Source: Pristiophorus japonicus
Lineage: Eukaryota
Reading direction: 5' to 3'
NCBI RefSeq assembly: GCF_044704955.1
Contig: NC_091989.1
Span: 85,312,001 to 85,376,000, forward strand
DNA length: 64,000 bases
Under the pieces are notes generated by a model. It saw only the letters and a program-made list of their open reading frames with translations, did no database searches and was not told where the DNA came from. A program made the position numbers and the translations under genes. Positions 12,571 to 25,500 of the stretch are shown here, piece by piece (the first letter of the stretch is position 1; the number at the start of each line of letters is the position of its first letter).

Positions 12571-13733
12571 TTCTTTAGACAAAGCTGGCATGGAGTAGTT
12601 GGGCCGAATGGTCTGCTTCTGTGGTCTACATCCTAGGTTGCTACATGCAGGGTTTCTAAAAATGTAACAAACATAAAATCTGTTCTATCATGTCAACAGG
12701 TTTAAGTAATAAATGAAAGATTATGAAATGTTAACACTTTTTTGAAATATTTAATTTGGGATTCGATAATATTCAAAGCAATTATAAACTTCATATTCAA
12801 AGGTGATTGTAGGCATATGCACCAAATAATCAGTATGATTTTGGGATCGACTTGCGAGGTACAGGTTGAAAGTGACAATCTTTAAAAATATAAACGGGCA
12901 TTTTGGTGAATAACTGTGTACAACAATTATTAACGGAATTGGCCACTGTCACTGCACTTTAGGTGGCTGTATATTTTGAATAATGTCGCCAATGTTTTAA
13001 TTTGTATGTGTTTAGTTAGAGGAAAGTTAATGCCTTCATTCAGTGACTGAATGCAGAACATAGATTACATGAGATAGAACTGCCTTATTTTCTAACAGTC
13101 ATGTTACCAGTAGTCACTTCCGCTGGTGTCTATAACAATTGATCCTTAACAATTGGTGATGCAATAATTGATATCGGTAGTTATTTAACTTCAAGTGTGG
13201 TGCTTTATATACCTGACAGCATGGCCAAAACATTATGAATCCCGCTATAAAATCGCAGTTTTGTACATCTTTTAATTGAAAACTGGAGTTAACTCAGTTT
13301 GAGACCATGGAATATGCGACAGTAAAATGTAATAAACATAATCAAGGCGATAATTGAAAAGAATAAGAGGTGAGAATCGACTGGATTATTCAAGGAAAAT
13401 GTGGTAAGTATGGCAGTTTGTGACTGATGTAACATTACTTTGTTAAACAACATATTTGAACAGCATTTTCTTTCTGAAGTGTTACAGTTGACATTTGCGT
13501 TCCACAGAATTGAACAATGTTATCCTTTACTTATGAATTTATATTTCTAAAAAGCATCACGGTACCCATAACGATAACGTTCAAAACCACAGATCTGTGT
13601 TGCTCCTTGAAGTGCCAAATACAAATAGAATAGCTATGGGTAACAGGTATGCAAATAAGTATACGCCTCGGATGTCATAGAAACATGCCATCGATGTATA
13701 GCAGTAAATTATCTGCTGCATTGATAACTAACA

Positions 13734-13910
13734 TTAGCGGAACCTGATTTTTGTACAGATACCCTCTACTGCTGCACCTCTTTGGGTTGTTGTCCGAAGT
13801 TGAGCATACTCTGTGTTCTTGTCCTTAAGTTTGAGCTTTCCCGCGTTCTTGGAGCCACTGATTTCGAGAACGGCATACGTTAGCTTGTTATCAGCTCTCG
13901 CTTGCTTGCT
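13734..13910 (-). CDS. Gene A exon 7 (last coding exon): cytoplasmic tail with ITIM LTYAVL and ITSM-like TEYAQL
   Basis: Acceptor ttgactccacag|AGC, phase 0; SKQARADNKLTYAVLEISGSKNAGKLKLKDKNTEYAQLRTTTQRGAAVEGICTKIRFR*. Confidence 0.8.
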   Translation of the reverse strand, partial: SKQARADNKLTYAVLEISGSKNAGKLKLKDKNTEYAQLRTTTQRGAAVEGICTKIRFR

Positions 13911-14097
13911 CTGTGGAGTCAACGTTTGGAAATATCGTCAGCTCGTTGTTTTTATCTGTGTGCACTAACAAGGCCCATTAGAAAATAACATTTCTTTTTA
14001 AATGACACATGTGAGTGCGACCACATTTATTGCAGTGCACCTTGAACCTTAATTCTACAGGGGTCATATATGTCTCTGCTGAGTTTTTCAGCCGTAC

Positions 14098-14199
14098 CTG
14101 CGCGTAAACTGTCCGTTCCTCTGTGCGTATAACTATTGCAGTGAAGTTGGAACTGGTAAAATCTAAGGCGGCTTAAGGCGCTTGGGCATCCGTTGCTCC
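14098..14199 (-). CDS. Gene A exon 6: cytoplasmic phase 0-0 exon with an in-frame TAA at the expected Tyr (AP*AAL) and TVYAQ
   Basis: Acceptor ttttgcatttcatgaag|GGA; donor CAG|gtacgg; 102 nt; GATDAQAP*AALDFTSSNFTAIVIRTEERTVYAQ. Confidence 0.65.
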
Positions 14200-14867
14200 C
14201 TTCATGAAATGCAAAACATCAGATTATGGTTGTTCTATTCTAAGTAGAATACGAAATTGAATGAAGAAAGAACATAATATTGATGTCTTTTTCCCAGGTT
14301 CAGGAAAATTATCTCATAACTAGGTCTCAAATAAAACTGCTTCACACTCCTCAATTGTGTTTGTGTAGATCACACTTATTGAACTCATTGTCTCACTATT
14401 TTTGTTCAAGGCGTTGAAACTTGCTGTGAACTGACTGTTGGCCGCCTCTCATACTTCACGAAGCGGCCATTCTTTACATGTGAGCTCAGATAGTGATTGA
14501 ATAGGAGATTCCACCAGGGAAGACAACCCAGCTCACTCCTTACATGTGCTCACGGTAAGTGCATTCACACTCACAGAATTTACTGCTGTCAGGAACTGAT
14601 CTCTTCCTTACTGGCCCTAGACTGTCGATTGAACTGCAAAGTGCATGTATTTTGAAGAACATTTGCGATGTTTCCACTAGTCTCCATTACAACTGCCATC
14701 TTCATTACAAGGGTTTAACATTTGTGTGATAACATGCGGTAAATTATATTGAAACATGAAAGATATGGGTACGAAATGGAGTTAGAGTGTAATTACATGA
14801 TTATAGAGCGACGAAGTACTTTCTTCCTTATTTGAAATGTTTCCGGGAGTGATGGTTTTAAACTTAC

Positions 14868-14911
14868 CCGCTCTTCATGATGGTCTGAACTCTCCGCAGA
14901 GCTCCCTGCTC
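14868..14911 (-). CDS. Gene A exon 5: short juxtamembrane cytoplasmic exon
   Basis: Acceptor tttattcctag|GA; donor CGG|gtaagt; 44 nt, phase 1 to phase 0; (G)AGSSAESSDHHEER. Confidence 0.7.
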
Positions 14912-15452
14912 CTAGGAATAAATGAAATTAGTAATCCTCCGTGAAAATATGCATTCCATTTTTTTTCAATTTTTAAAGGCATTCCGGTAGATTTTGTTAA
15001 AAGTTGAGATTGTAATTTGGAAAATCAAACTCCTGCAGTATACAGAATCTGAAAGTGAATTGAGTAGTCCAGCAGTAATCTTAATCTACCGGGGAAATTC
15101 CATTAAAAAAAAAAGGTGGTGAAAATCGGAAGGTGTCATATAGGGCAGCCAGTTTTACACACAGTTGAGAATCTACTCCTTCGTGTTTGAAGCTCGGCCG
15201 CCCACAGACTTACATTTCACAAAATGCAGCTCCAACCAAAGCGATTGGGCTGCAATTATGGCACCACGATGCAAAATGTAAAGGTAAATCCATTAATTAT
15301 ATGAAGAACTAGATTTATCGTAGTAAATTCATTAACATGCTCAGGATCCTAACAATATATAGCTGTTAGCTGATGATCGATTTATTAACCTGTTACTTGG
15401 TCGTGCCCACTCTCTATCTAAAATGAAGTGAACACACTGGCATATTTCTTAC

Positions 15453-15566
15453 CTCTCCTTGCCTTAAGGTATAGCCGAATTCCAATGATGATAACCAGCA
15501 ACAGAAATATAAATCCACCCACCATACATCCATAAATGAGTATGTGGTTGAAAGTATTGTTATCTC
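15453..15566 (-). CDS. Gene A exon 4: transmembrane exon
   Basis: Acceptor ttacctggcag|GA; donor G|gtaaga; 114 nt; (G)DNNTFNHILIYGCMVGGFIFLLLVIIIGIRLYLKARR, a hydrophobic helix followed by a basic stop-transfer stretch. Confidence 0.85.
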
Positions 15567-16309
15567 CTGCCAGGTAATATAAAAACGCAAGAATAACTTT
15601 TACATATGGATATTGTTCTTCAATCAGATGATTTTATGACTAAAGCAATACGTTTCATCAGTGCTGTAATGACATGGTGTGCATCTGCAATATTGTGCAT
15701 TTCTGTCTGCAGCTTTCTATATGATCAAATGTTCACCTCCAAACTCGTTCCACAGAAAGTCCCAAAGATCAGTGGCTTGGGATTAGAAAGTAAGATTACA
15801 TCCCGGGGATAATGAGGTTGATGCAAATACATTAAATAATATTAGAAAGTAAAATCGCATAAGGCGGAGACAAGCACTAAAAAAATTGAATATTAAAATG
15901 TGACAATCATCCTTCTGCAACCATCAGGCTGAATTTCACAATGCATGCCATCAAAAGATTGATAAACGCGGATATTGTAACAGTTTTTGGAAATAAATTG
16001 CTTTATTTGTACAGTTTCTACTTTGTAAGTATAGTAGACTTATGCCATATTTTAATGACATAATACAGTATTATCAAATTACACATCACAGTCGATTTAT
16101 GCTCCGTGTGAATTCAAAATAAACCAGTGAGTGAATACACGCACCTTGGCGCTCACTCCCATTCGCTGGGAGTTCGGTCATGACTGCGTGTCTACACGAG
16201 AGGTTTACCTCTGGTGCGAATTGAATTGGCTTCCTACTGATGCTAAACTGGCGTAAATGAACTTATTTGTCTACAGTTCATTGTGTTCGTGAGAATGCCG
16301 GAACATTAC

Positions 16310-16618
16310 CTATGTTCGATATCGGATCAATGAATGCCTCACTGGCTGGAGCCGGGAGTGTCAGGTGAGAAACTTGACAAGTATAAACAGCCCCGATTCG
16401 GTCTTGCTGTGTTTCCTTCAACAGGCTGGAAACTTGATACAGTCCGTTCATGTTCAACGTTGTGCTTGTCTCTATGCCGATCGAAATCTCAATTCCATCT
16501 TTAAACCAAGTGAGGTTGAGAGTCTCCGGGTAAAATTCAACCGTTTTGCACACGAGATACAGAGCAGTGGAGTTTAATTCATATACTTCCGAGAAAATCA
16601 TCAGTGGAGTTGGCGGAA
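16310..16618 (-). CDS. Gene A exon 3: Ig C1-set domain
   Basis: Acceptor tttttctacag|TT; donor G|gtaatg; 309 nt, phase 1-1; LVCKTVEFYPETLNLTWFKDG...GLYQVSSLL...YTCQVSHLTL (C1 signatures FYP, W-x-K-D-G, Y-x-C-x-V-x-H). Confidence 0.92.
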
Positions 16619-18031
16619 CTGTAGAAAAAAAAACCTAGGTAAGAAATACAACTTGGAACATTATACTCTTTAGTTTACGAAGTATCTTCTCATCATCTGG
16701 TGCCCTTAAACACGATGTAATTAATATATCTTCGTGTTGAATGACTGCCGCGAAATTTAATGCAATACATCAAAATTAATTAACCAAAATATTTCGTAAA
16801 TAGTACAATGTTTTACTCCTATGTGTGTTTCTAGCAATATACTCTAGGGCTATGGAGAAAGAGCAGGTGATTGGTACTAATCTGATAGCTCTTTCAAAAA
16901 GTAGGTGCAAGCAGGATAGGCAAAATGTATGCAGTATAACTTTGAGTAGGATTTTCTTCAATAAACCATCAATTCAAATGTTATAATACGTCAGCAACAT
17001 AGGTCAGTATTTAATAGAACGAAACACCTTGCGCAGCAAACCTCACATTCTAATCCTGCCTAAAAGTTATCCTGTCCCTCTCCAAAAAATCGATTTATAT
17101 TTCCTACTAAACAACCCCAGTTTTGTATTATTTACAAAGTTTTGGTGAAAGGTCCAAATTCTTATTCGGCAATATTGTTTTTTTTTAAAAGTGTAGAGTT
17201 TGCTTTTGTAGAATTTGTAACACGTCATCATCTAAGACTTGCGATTTGTAGAATGCTAAAATAAGTATGCTAAAACAAAACATTCTAGACCATATGCTAT
17301 TGTTTAATATGTTTCAACTTGAGCAAGTGCGGGTCACCTGGATATTGCTGTGTTCATCCCGAGACATAACACGTGAATATCGAACTCATATTATGGATGC
17401 TGCATTGGAAGTCACATTAAGAAATCATAATTTGAGCGCTAGGTGTGTTTTTGAAATCAGTTTAAATGCAGACATCATATTTGATTTATAGATTTAAAGA
17501 AACGAGGCAATGCAGCACTATCGTTACAGAATTTGTCACCGGTGTTTTTCATCAAAATCTCAGTAATTCAGCATATATTACTGCAGGACAGAGGCACAAT
17601 TGTCCAATTTTTTACAATATTTTTACATCAATTTGGAAAGAGCTATGGAAACTATTGGTGTTCAAATCAATTATGAGCAGATGTCAGTACTGTTTAGGGT
17701 GCATTAAATAAATCAGGGCGCACCAATGTAAAAGCTGGAGAAACGTTTTAAAATGAATATAGCAATGCTATTAACCTGAGTTTGGAGCAAACTTCTTTCA
17801 CAATTTGTCAGCAGTCAAGTTAGCCAATCAAACCATGATAGCGGTGAGTATATAACATAAAATAAATACTACTATACATAGATCAAGGGGACACTTCAGT
17901 GAAACTATGCGTTACCATTACGTAGCATGGATTGAATTAGCAGTTTGGTGAACAATTTTTAGTTTAATATTCTCACAAGAACAACACACATCACTCTGTT
18001 GCAAGTCATCTGGATCCACAGTGTAACTTAC

Positions 18032-18352
18032 CGGAGACAGAGATCGTTGAGCCTGTTCCATTTACAATACTGCCTCCCAGGATTCTCACTCCACAGTAAT
18101 AGACTCCAGAGTCCCACGCACTGATATTTAGGATATGAAAGGCGGCTCCTCCTTGTTTATAAAGGAGAAATATTTTCCTGCTGTCGGAGGCTGTTTGCAG
18201 AAAGTTAGTTTCGCCAAGTTTCCACCAACAAACACTCACATCTGAGTTATCTTGAAAAATAGGGAATGTGCAATAGAAGGTGATGTTTGAAAGAATGAGC
18301 ACGATCGTGCTTTCAGGAGCTTGGGAGACTTGGAACTGAGCCTCAATAGCAA
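18032..18352 (-). CDS. Gene A exon 2: Ig V-set domain with a J-like G strand
   Basis: Acceptor cctgacag|TT; donor G|gtaagt; 321 nt, phase 1-1; VSQAP...ITFYC...CWWK...DSGVYYCGV...NGTGSTISVS. Confidence 0.92.
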
Positions 18353-18476
18353 CTGTCAGGAAACATAACCGTAATTTTAAGTAAAACTTAAAGTAGGAAT
18401 GAGGGATATACAAGTAACAGGATATAAAATGAGGGAGAGGAAAAGAAGAGAAACCCAGAAAAATAGCAGAAAATAC

Positions 18477-18531
18477 CTGTGCAAATAATCCCGAGGACGC
18501 ATATGACCAGAAATGCAGAGTGCACAGCCAT
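18477..18531 (-). CDS. Gene A exon 1: signal peptide of a SIRP-like VJ-C1 receptor
   Basis: ATG at 18531; MAVHSAFLVICVLGIICT; phase-1 donor ACAG|gtattt; 124-nt intron to the V exon. Confidence 0.82.
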
Positions 18532-18964
18532 ATTGAACAGGCAATCGTCCCCTTTGCTGCGAATAACCACGGTTCTTTGGAAAAAAAATTGTTTGCACAT
18601 AATGTCAGAAAATAACACCCAATATGAAAAGACAGAATTGGAGCTGGAAAATGATGCACTGATTGAAGTGCGGAGGGTTACTTTCCCCGAAGCTCCATTC
18701 GGTCGGAAGTGCACCAGCTATTCAATTCCAACTACACAGTAACTCCGCAGCAAATCCACGTGACTTACCAGGTCAGAATTATATATTTAATGAGTAGTGT
18801 GCATCCGCTGGAAATAGTTCAGCTCTTGGGTGCAATTGAATACGAGGGCGAAAACTGGATGGTGTTGCAGGAATTAATATGCTGTCAAAATCAAAGATGA
18901 AGTCGCATCAGAAGAAGCATCGGCGACTAAATGTAAAGTGATATCATTAGCAACAAGTTAGCTT

Positions 18965-19250
18965 TAAAAGGAAAAATACTGCAGATTCTGGAAATCTGAA
19001 AAAAACAGGACATTTTGGAAATGCTCCGCAGGTCAGGCAGCATTTGATGAGAGAGAAACTGATTTATGGTTCCAGGTCGATGATCTTTAATCAGAACTCG
19101 ACAAGTTAGAAATGTAATAGCTTTTAAACAATTGCAGGGGCAGGGAAAAGGTGGCGGGAAGGAACTAACAAAAGTGAAGTGTTGTAATAGGTTGGAAGAC
19201 AAAAAGGATTAAATAACAAGGGATGATGGTACAAGGCAAAGGTGCGTGGT
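18965..19250 (-). mobile_element. Penelope-like terminal-repeat fragment
   Basis: Matches the reverse complement of 34148-34255 (gcaggtcaggcagcat...gagaaactga). Confidence 0.55.
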
Positions 19251-19499
19251 AATTGACAAATAGAGAAATAAAACTTGGGCAACTTTATTTGCAAAATCAA
19301 AATGCTCTGTTTGGATCAACTTGATAAAATGGGTTGATTGCTGATTGGTTCCTTTGGGGAATTCGATACACCCAGCAGCAAAGTGTAATTCGAGGCATTA
19401 TGACTGCCGACTCCAAACAGACAGTGCTCACTTGAACCACAGCTTATATTCGTGGTTTAAGACCTTCTCTCAACCCAAAAAAATATTCCTGCCCCCACA

Positions 19500-19695
19500 G
19501 CCCAATTGCTTGACCTGCCCAGCTGCACCCCGCAAGTTTCTGACCTCAACCCAAAATTTCTATCATTCCCCTCAAATAATTCCGACCAGCCCGCTACTCT
19601 AGTTTCTGACCTCCTCCCAAGTTTCTGACCTCTCGCACCATACCCCCACCGCCCGCCCAAGTGCCTGACCTTCGCCCCGCCACGTTTCTCACCTT
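19500..19695. repeat. Degenerate short tandem repeat, core caagtttctgacct
   Basis: About 6 irregularly spaced copies in a C-rich context. Confidence 0.55.
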
Positions 19696-19779
19696 CTCGC
19701 CCTGCCATAGTTCAACCCACATGGATTTATAACCTTCTCCTCCTAAAATGTTCCTGATCTTACACTTGCAAGAACCGAA

Positions 19780-20170
19780 TCCCTCTTCCCAGAATTCCCT
19801 CCCTCTCTCCCTTCCGAACCCATCTCCCCAGTCACTCTCTCTGCCAACACTCTCTTTCCCCCAAATTTTTCCCTCGCCCAGTTTCTCTCTTTCCCCCAGA
19901 GCCTTTTTCCCCCGTCTCTCTCTCCACCATTCTCGCTCCCCTCCTCCTTATCTGTCTCCCCATTCTCCCTTGCTGCCTCAGTCTCTCTCTCTCTATCTAT
20001 CGCCAGTGTATTTCTCTCCCCCAGTGTCTTTCTCTGCCCCGTCTCTCTGTCTGTCTCCCCCAGTATCTTTCTCTCCCTCAGTCTATTTCTTCCTTACTTC
20101 CCCCATTCTTTATCTCTCTCTCTGCCACCTCCCCAGTCAAACTTACTCCCACAGTCTCTCTCGCTCGCAA
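19780..20170. repeat. CT-rich low-complexity polypyrimidine tract
   Basis: tctctctc and ttctctcccc runs. Confidence 0.8.
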
Positions 20171-21384
20171 CTTCGAATTTTTCTCTTTCAGAAGGCCACA
20201 GAAATATTTGCGTAAATAATCACAGAAATATTCTAGGCAAAAGTTCTAGAGATAATGCAAAAGCCTTATAAGCAGCTCCAGTTCCAGGCTCGAGTCATGA
20301 TGAGTGAATCGACTGCGCATGCACAAACAAAAAAAGGGGGGGGGGGTTGGTCCAAGGTGCACATGCGCACAATGACAAAACATGTTGCAAATAATAGATT
20401 CGATCAAAGATGCGTCTAGAGCTGCAGAAAATTACAAAAACAGAATGATTGGCAGTAGCTGCTGTCGGACAAAATGACAGCGGTACTTCTGATCTCAAAT
20501 TGTTGAAATATTTCGCCTTGATTGTGTGGTTATAATGACGGCTAAACTGTCATCCATCGCAGTTATTATCCTCTGAGACTTACAGTGACTTCTGGAGTCC
20601 ACAAATGTGCAGCTAAATGTGAAAATCCAGCAGTTGCTGGCAGTGATTCAAGGCATTTTACCGGGGTACTCTGTTGAAGTCCCCGCAGATGGCAACCATT
20701 GCAAAACAACTGAACTGATGAGAATTTGCCCTTTTAGGATAAAATACTGCAAATAAAAAATCCGAATTAGTTAGCTTGTTCAATAATGTGTAACTAAGTT
20801 TTTAATGGTATACTGAATCAAAGTAGCAAGGTCACATTTCAGAACAGATGCAACGGAGACGGAGAAACTGTGATGATTGAAAAGAGTGCTTGAAAACTCA
20901 ATGTCAATGACGCAGGTTTGCTGTTCCTCCTCCAATGCACTCAAGGCAAACTAAGATATATTATTTGCCGCACAAGGCACGAGACAATCTTGTGCCATTG
21001 TCCCCATCACTATGCAGGGACCCCGCTTCTGTCCCGACCACTGTAATGGCACATTGAAAGAAGTTAACATTAGCAGCTAATGTCAGCTCCACAAACCCCA
21101 GATAAGATGATGAATGACGGAAAACAATTAAGTTGAGCAGCATGGAAACGTAATTGTGTTACTCAGCGCCATGAACGTCTTCTAAGCAACAACCATGCAT
21201 TTTAACTCAATCAATATGTTTAATTTTTATACGTGATCCTTGTAAACGTAGTAAACCCCAACGCTCTTTGCACACAGTTATCACTCCATTCAGATACCAA
21301 TAAACAATGTAAGACCAATCGCATCCAGCTTGCTTCTAATTTAGACGATTATTGCAGACTATGAGTATCACATTTATGATTCTT

Positions 21385-21870
21385 GAATCATAGAATCATA
21401 GAATCATAGAAGTTTACTGCCTGGAAGGAGCCCATTTATGTCCAACGAGAGGCTATCCAGCCTAATCCGACTTTCCAGCTCTAGTTTGTAACCCTGCATG
21501 TTACAGCACTTCAGCTGCACATCCAAGTTCTTTTTAAATGGGGTGAGGGTTTTTGTCTCTAAAACCCGTTTAAGCAGTGAGATGGAGACACCCACAACCC
21601 TCTGCGTGTAAAAATGTCATCGCAAGTCCCCTCTAAATCTTCTACAAATTACTTTAAATTTATGCCGCCTGTTTGTTGACCACTTTGCTAAGGGAAATAG
21701 ACCCTTACGATCCATTATATTTTGGTCCATCTTAATTTTATAAACCTCCATGTGGACTTATCTCAGCCTCCTCTGTTCCAATGAAAACAAGTCCAGCCTA
21801 TCTAACCATAGCTTCGATTCTCAATTCCAGGTCACATCTTCCTAAATCTCCACTGTATTCTTTCCAGTAC
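21385..21870 (-). mobile_element. CR1 LINE 3' end fragment
   Basis: (gaatcata)n tail; similar to 39300-39800 and 35016-35300. Confidence 0.8.
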
Positions 21871-21949
21871 ATTCAATCAGTTTCTTAATGAGTTGAATGA
21901 GACTTTCAAGTCATTATCTGGCATTTAATTGCAAGAAGAAATGGTACTT

Positions 21950-22590
21950 AATGCAGAGGAAGGAAATTTATATCAGCACCTTTTATTTATATAATCACTT
22001 TAACGTATTAGTACATCTCAAGACACTTTACGGGAGTATTATAAAACACAAATGTGACAGCGATCCACATAAGGAGTACTTAGGGCAGTTTGCACAAAGT
22101 AATAGGTTTAAGATTCGTCTTCAAGGGAAAGGGAGGGAGATAGGTGGAGAGGTTTTGCGAGGGAATTGTAGAGCTTAGGGCCGAGACAGGCATAGACCTA
22201 GACACCAATGTTTGCGTGATTATAATCAGGGATGCTCACGAGGGCAGAATTGAAGGAGCACAGTTATCTCGGGGGCAGGGAGTGGGCGTGAGAGGTTGGG
22301 GCTTGAGGATATTGCAGAGAAAAAGGAGAGGTGAGTCCCGGAACGGATTTGAAAACAAGCATGAAACTGAAGCTTACCCGGGAGCCAGGGTAGGCCAGCA
22401 AGCACATGGCTGATGGGTGACCGGACTTGGTGCGAGTTTGTGCAGCAGTGTTTTGGATGACCAAAGTTTGCATATTTTAGAAAGTGGGAGGCCAGCCAGG
22501 ATTACATTGGAATAGTCAAGCGTAAATGTAACAATGGTATGGACGACGGTTTCAGCAGTGGATGAGCAGAGGTAGGGGCGGAGGCGGGGA
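21950..22590 (-). mobile_element. L2-type LINE 3' fragment
   Basis: Minus-strand LVIQNTAAQTRTKSGHPS...LVFKSVPGLTSP resembles the L2 ORF2 C-terminus; homologous to 30950-31450. Confidence 0.7.
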
Positions 22591-25500
22591 AGAGTGTCAA
22601 CTGCATGACAGTTAAATCTTAAGATAAGAAAAATAACATCAAAGAACGAGTGATAGCATAAAGTGTTGGAAATGAACAGAATTGTAACAAAAAGTTAGAA
22701 ATAGATATTCTAGCAGAAAAGCCTTTCTAGCCTCTGAGGCTTCAGCCGCCAATATGTGCCATCAACTATATGGCTGCACTGAGTTTGCATTACAGTTAAA
22801 TCCCAGGTAGGATTTGTGGTCACTCGCAAAGTGACGCTGATCTCCACTGACCTTGAAGAAAGCTTCACACGAAGACTTAGCGATGTCGATATCAGCAATG
22901 TCAGCTCACTCGGCCTGTTTCAATCTGGCGCTAGATCAAGCGAACCACCAGCGTCCACCAAGGGCGACATCGTCAAGCAGGCTACGCAACCAATAACATT
23001 CAAGAATTCTCACAGACAGCGAAGCAGGAAGTAAAATGCACATTTTAAAAATTACTGTCTATTCATTTGCAAAGAGTGAAATAGGGATTCGAACATACAC
23101 ATAGGACTAAGGGTGAATGCTGAAATATCATTAAAAAACTTTGAAACACATTAAAACCTTGTAATTCTTAATGATATTAATTGAATTATTAGACATTCCA
23201 CAAATAAAAAATTAGTTTTTCAGGCATAGAACACTTGTTCAGCAGTCAGTTCGCCTTTACAAATACCTGACTTAAGTGTTTAGGGGCATTTGAAGAGCGA
23301 AGTTCCAACGTAAAAGTTGACATTTTCGTCAGTTGATGTGAATTGAACTGATCGTTGGCTCTGTCATGTTCGACAGTGCAACCTTTAGTGGAGCAGGGGT
23401 GGCTCACTGCATTGTTCGAAACTAGCTGCACATAAAATCAAATCCTGAAGTTGCTGTTATTTTCAAAGGGTTCGCTGCCATTACCACTGCAAAATGTGGA
23501 CCTATGTCCTCCATATGGAAGAAATGTCTCCAAATGTGGGTTATAGCATGCCTGACGCAATCCACTCCCTTTCAGCTGCCATCCTGATAGAACACCATCA
23601 TCCGGATGTTATTAATTCCATTGCTTCATATTGCCAACCCAAAGGCAAGCACTCGTGGTCGTTAGTCCATTGACAGGAAAGGAGAAACACTGTATGAAAC
23701 AGAATTCAGAAGTTATCAGGCGGCAGAGAGAATGGAGCACGTAAACGGGAACTGGATCAAAGGCTTCAAAGATTTAAGGCCATAACTGAAACATATGATG
23801 TCACCGATCTCACAGGTCAGCTTTCAAAGAAACCTGTTCCACCTGTAATGTATTTTACAGCAGAATGGCGCCAGCGTGTGAAGTGTCATTGGGCAGGGTT
23901 TCTGCTCAATGTATCTTTCTAGTCGTGGATGGAAACTCAAAATGGAATTCCAAGGATCTCCCCATTTAATGAAAGCTTTGGATTAATGTCTGCATCTTGA
24001 AAGGCATATCATAGCTTAGCCATGGATCCTTGGAAAGTGGAAAGTAGATATGGTTTTGCAGATCTGAACGCTTGGGTTGTCCATGTAGAAATAACTTTTC
24101 TGTCAAAGAATCTTTCTAGAATCTGTGGCCTGAGAATCAAGTCTTCATGTGGCCTATAAATTTGACATGAAAGCAGAATCATGTAACCTTATCTGTCAGT
24201 TGCCATATCACAGGAACAGGTCAAGATTTTCCATGGTGTGATTTGGGCATACCACCTGCAATGATCCACCTCAACAAACTGACCGTCAGATCATTGCCAT
24301 CTCAGTGCACTCGAGTTCATTTACAGGAAGAGCAATGGGACATCTTCTTCAATTTGGTTACTCAGGTGTTACATTAAATTTCATGCCTAGTAAATGGGTT
24401 TAAGGTGAATGGTATTGAGAATAATAAATATTCTGGAAAAGGATAGGACGGAGATTGGGCTGAGCCTTCAATGTGGATGTGTTGTCAAATATAGCTTAAG
24501 GATTCGGGTGAGTCCATGATACATGCAACCGAATTACTGATATTAATGAACACGTGTTTCTCGGCAGAACATTGCTCGTATTTCCTTGTCCACGTGGATT
24601 GACCGCATTTTGCTGCAAAACAATGTCTATTTGACATTCGTTCTCCCTTTTGCGTGGTGTTTTCTCTTTTTTCTGCGGCTGGGTGAATAATTAAGTAGGC
24701 TTCAGTTGGTAAAATTTAACCTCGAAACCAGAGCTGGGACATGTACAGCATTATCACACTTGTCCAACCAGTAGAATCTTGATTTCAGAATTCCAAATTT
24801 ATGCTCTATGTGTTGGACGAGCAATATTTTACCCACATTGAGCTTTATTTTGAGGAATGCTGACGAGGTTCAGTAACTGAGTTTGCAAAGTATAACCATA
24901 AACTAGGTCTCCGCCAATTGCACATCTTCAGTTCTATGTGATTGGACATCAACCAGTTTGTTGGCTCCATTAGTGGTCGTGCTTTTTATTTTCAGGGGTT
25001 TGCACTAGTTCCCAACGTATTTAAGACAGTCGATCAAGAGCAAATACGTGAAATATGAGGAACACTAGTTTCCTTTTTCCGAGTTGATACTACTCGTTCG
25101 AAATCCCATACTTCCTAACCAGCTAAAATAAGCTATCCACTGAATAGTATTCATTCCATCTTGCTTGAAAATAACCTATGAATGTGATACGACGTAGCCT
25201 TCTTTAGCATGTTAATGCTAACCCTTTAGAAAATGAATTTTTTATCATTTTGGAAATTTTGGGATGTAAGGCAGTAGCGTCCAGCACCTGCCTGTTTAAA
25301 AAATATATATGCCTGAAAGCACTTCTTCTACCTTGTATTTTCCATTCGCCATCTGAGCTCCAAAATAGTTCAAGGTGGGCTGTAAGGAGAATCCACTCAC
25401 ATTAGCGGTCGGATACTTTCCGAATGGATAAGGTAGAGTTAAAATATTAAGTTGATCCGTTGGCTAGTGCGAGCACTTAAGTTATTTTTATAAACTGACG

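Noticed and set aside
18017-18023. CACAGTG (RSS heptamer) next to the 3' end of the gene A V exon
   Set aside because: No ACAAAAACC-like nonamer at 12 or 23 bp in either orientation; it lies inside the intron after an already joined VJ exon
16310-18531. Calling gene A or B a TCR, Ig light chain or IgNAR gene, or assigning the symbol SIRPA
   Set aside because: No separate J segments or RSS, no charged TCR-type TM, and a Tyr-motif tail is present; orthology to SIRPA cannot be shown without phylogeny and synteny
19500-19695. Repeat-spacer-like pattern suggesting CRISPR
   Set aside because: Eukaryotic context, degenerate repeats, irregular low-complexity spacers, no cas genes
19748-20215. 155-aa Ser/Pro/Leu-rich ORF
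   Set aside because: Translation of a CT low-complexity tract
23480-24460. Moderately GC-balanced stretch that looks like decayed coding sequence
   Set aside because: No frame I tried gave a motif I could assign; needs a translated search
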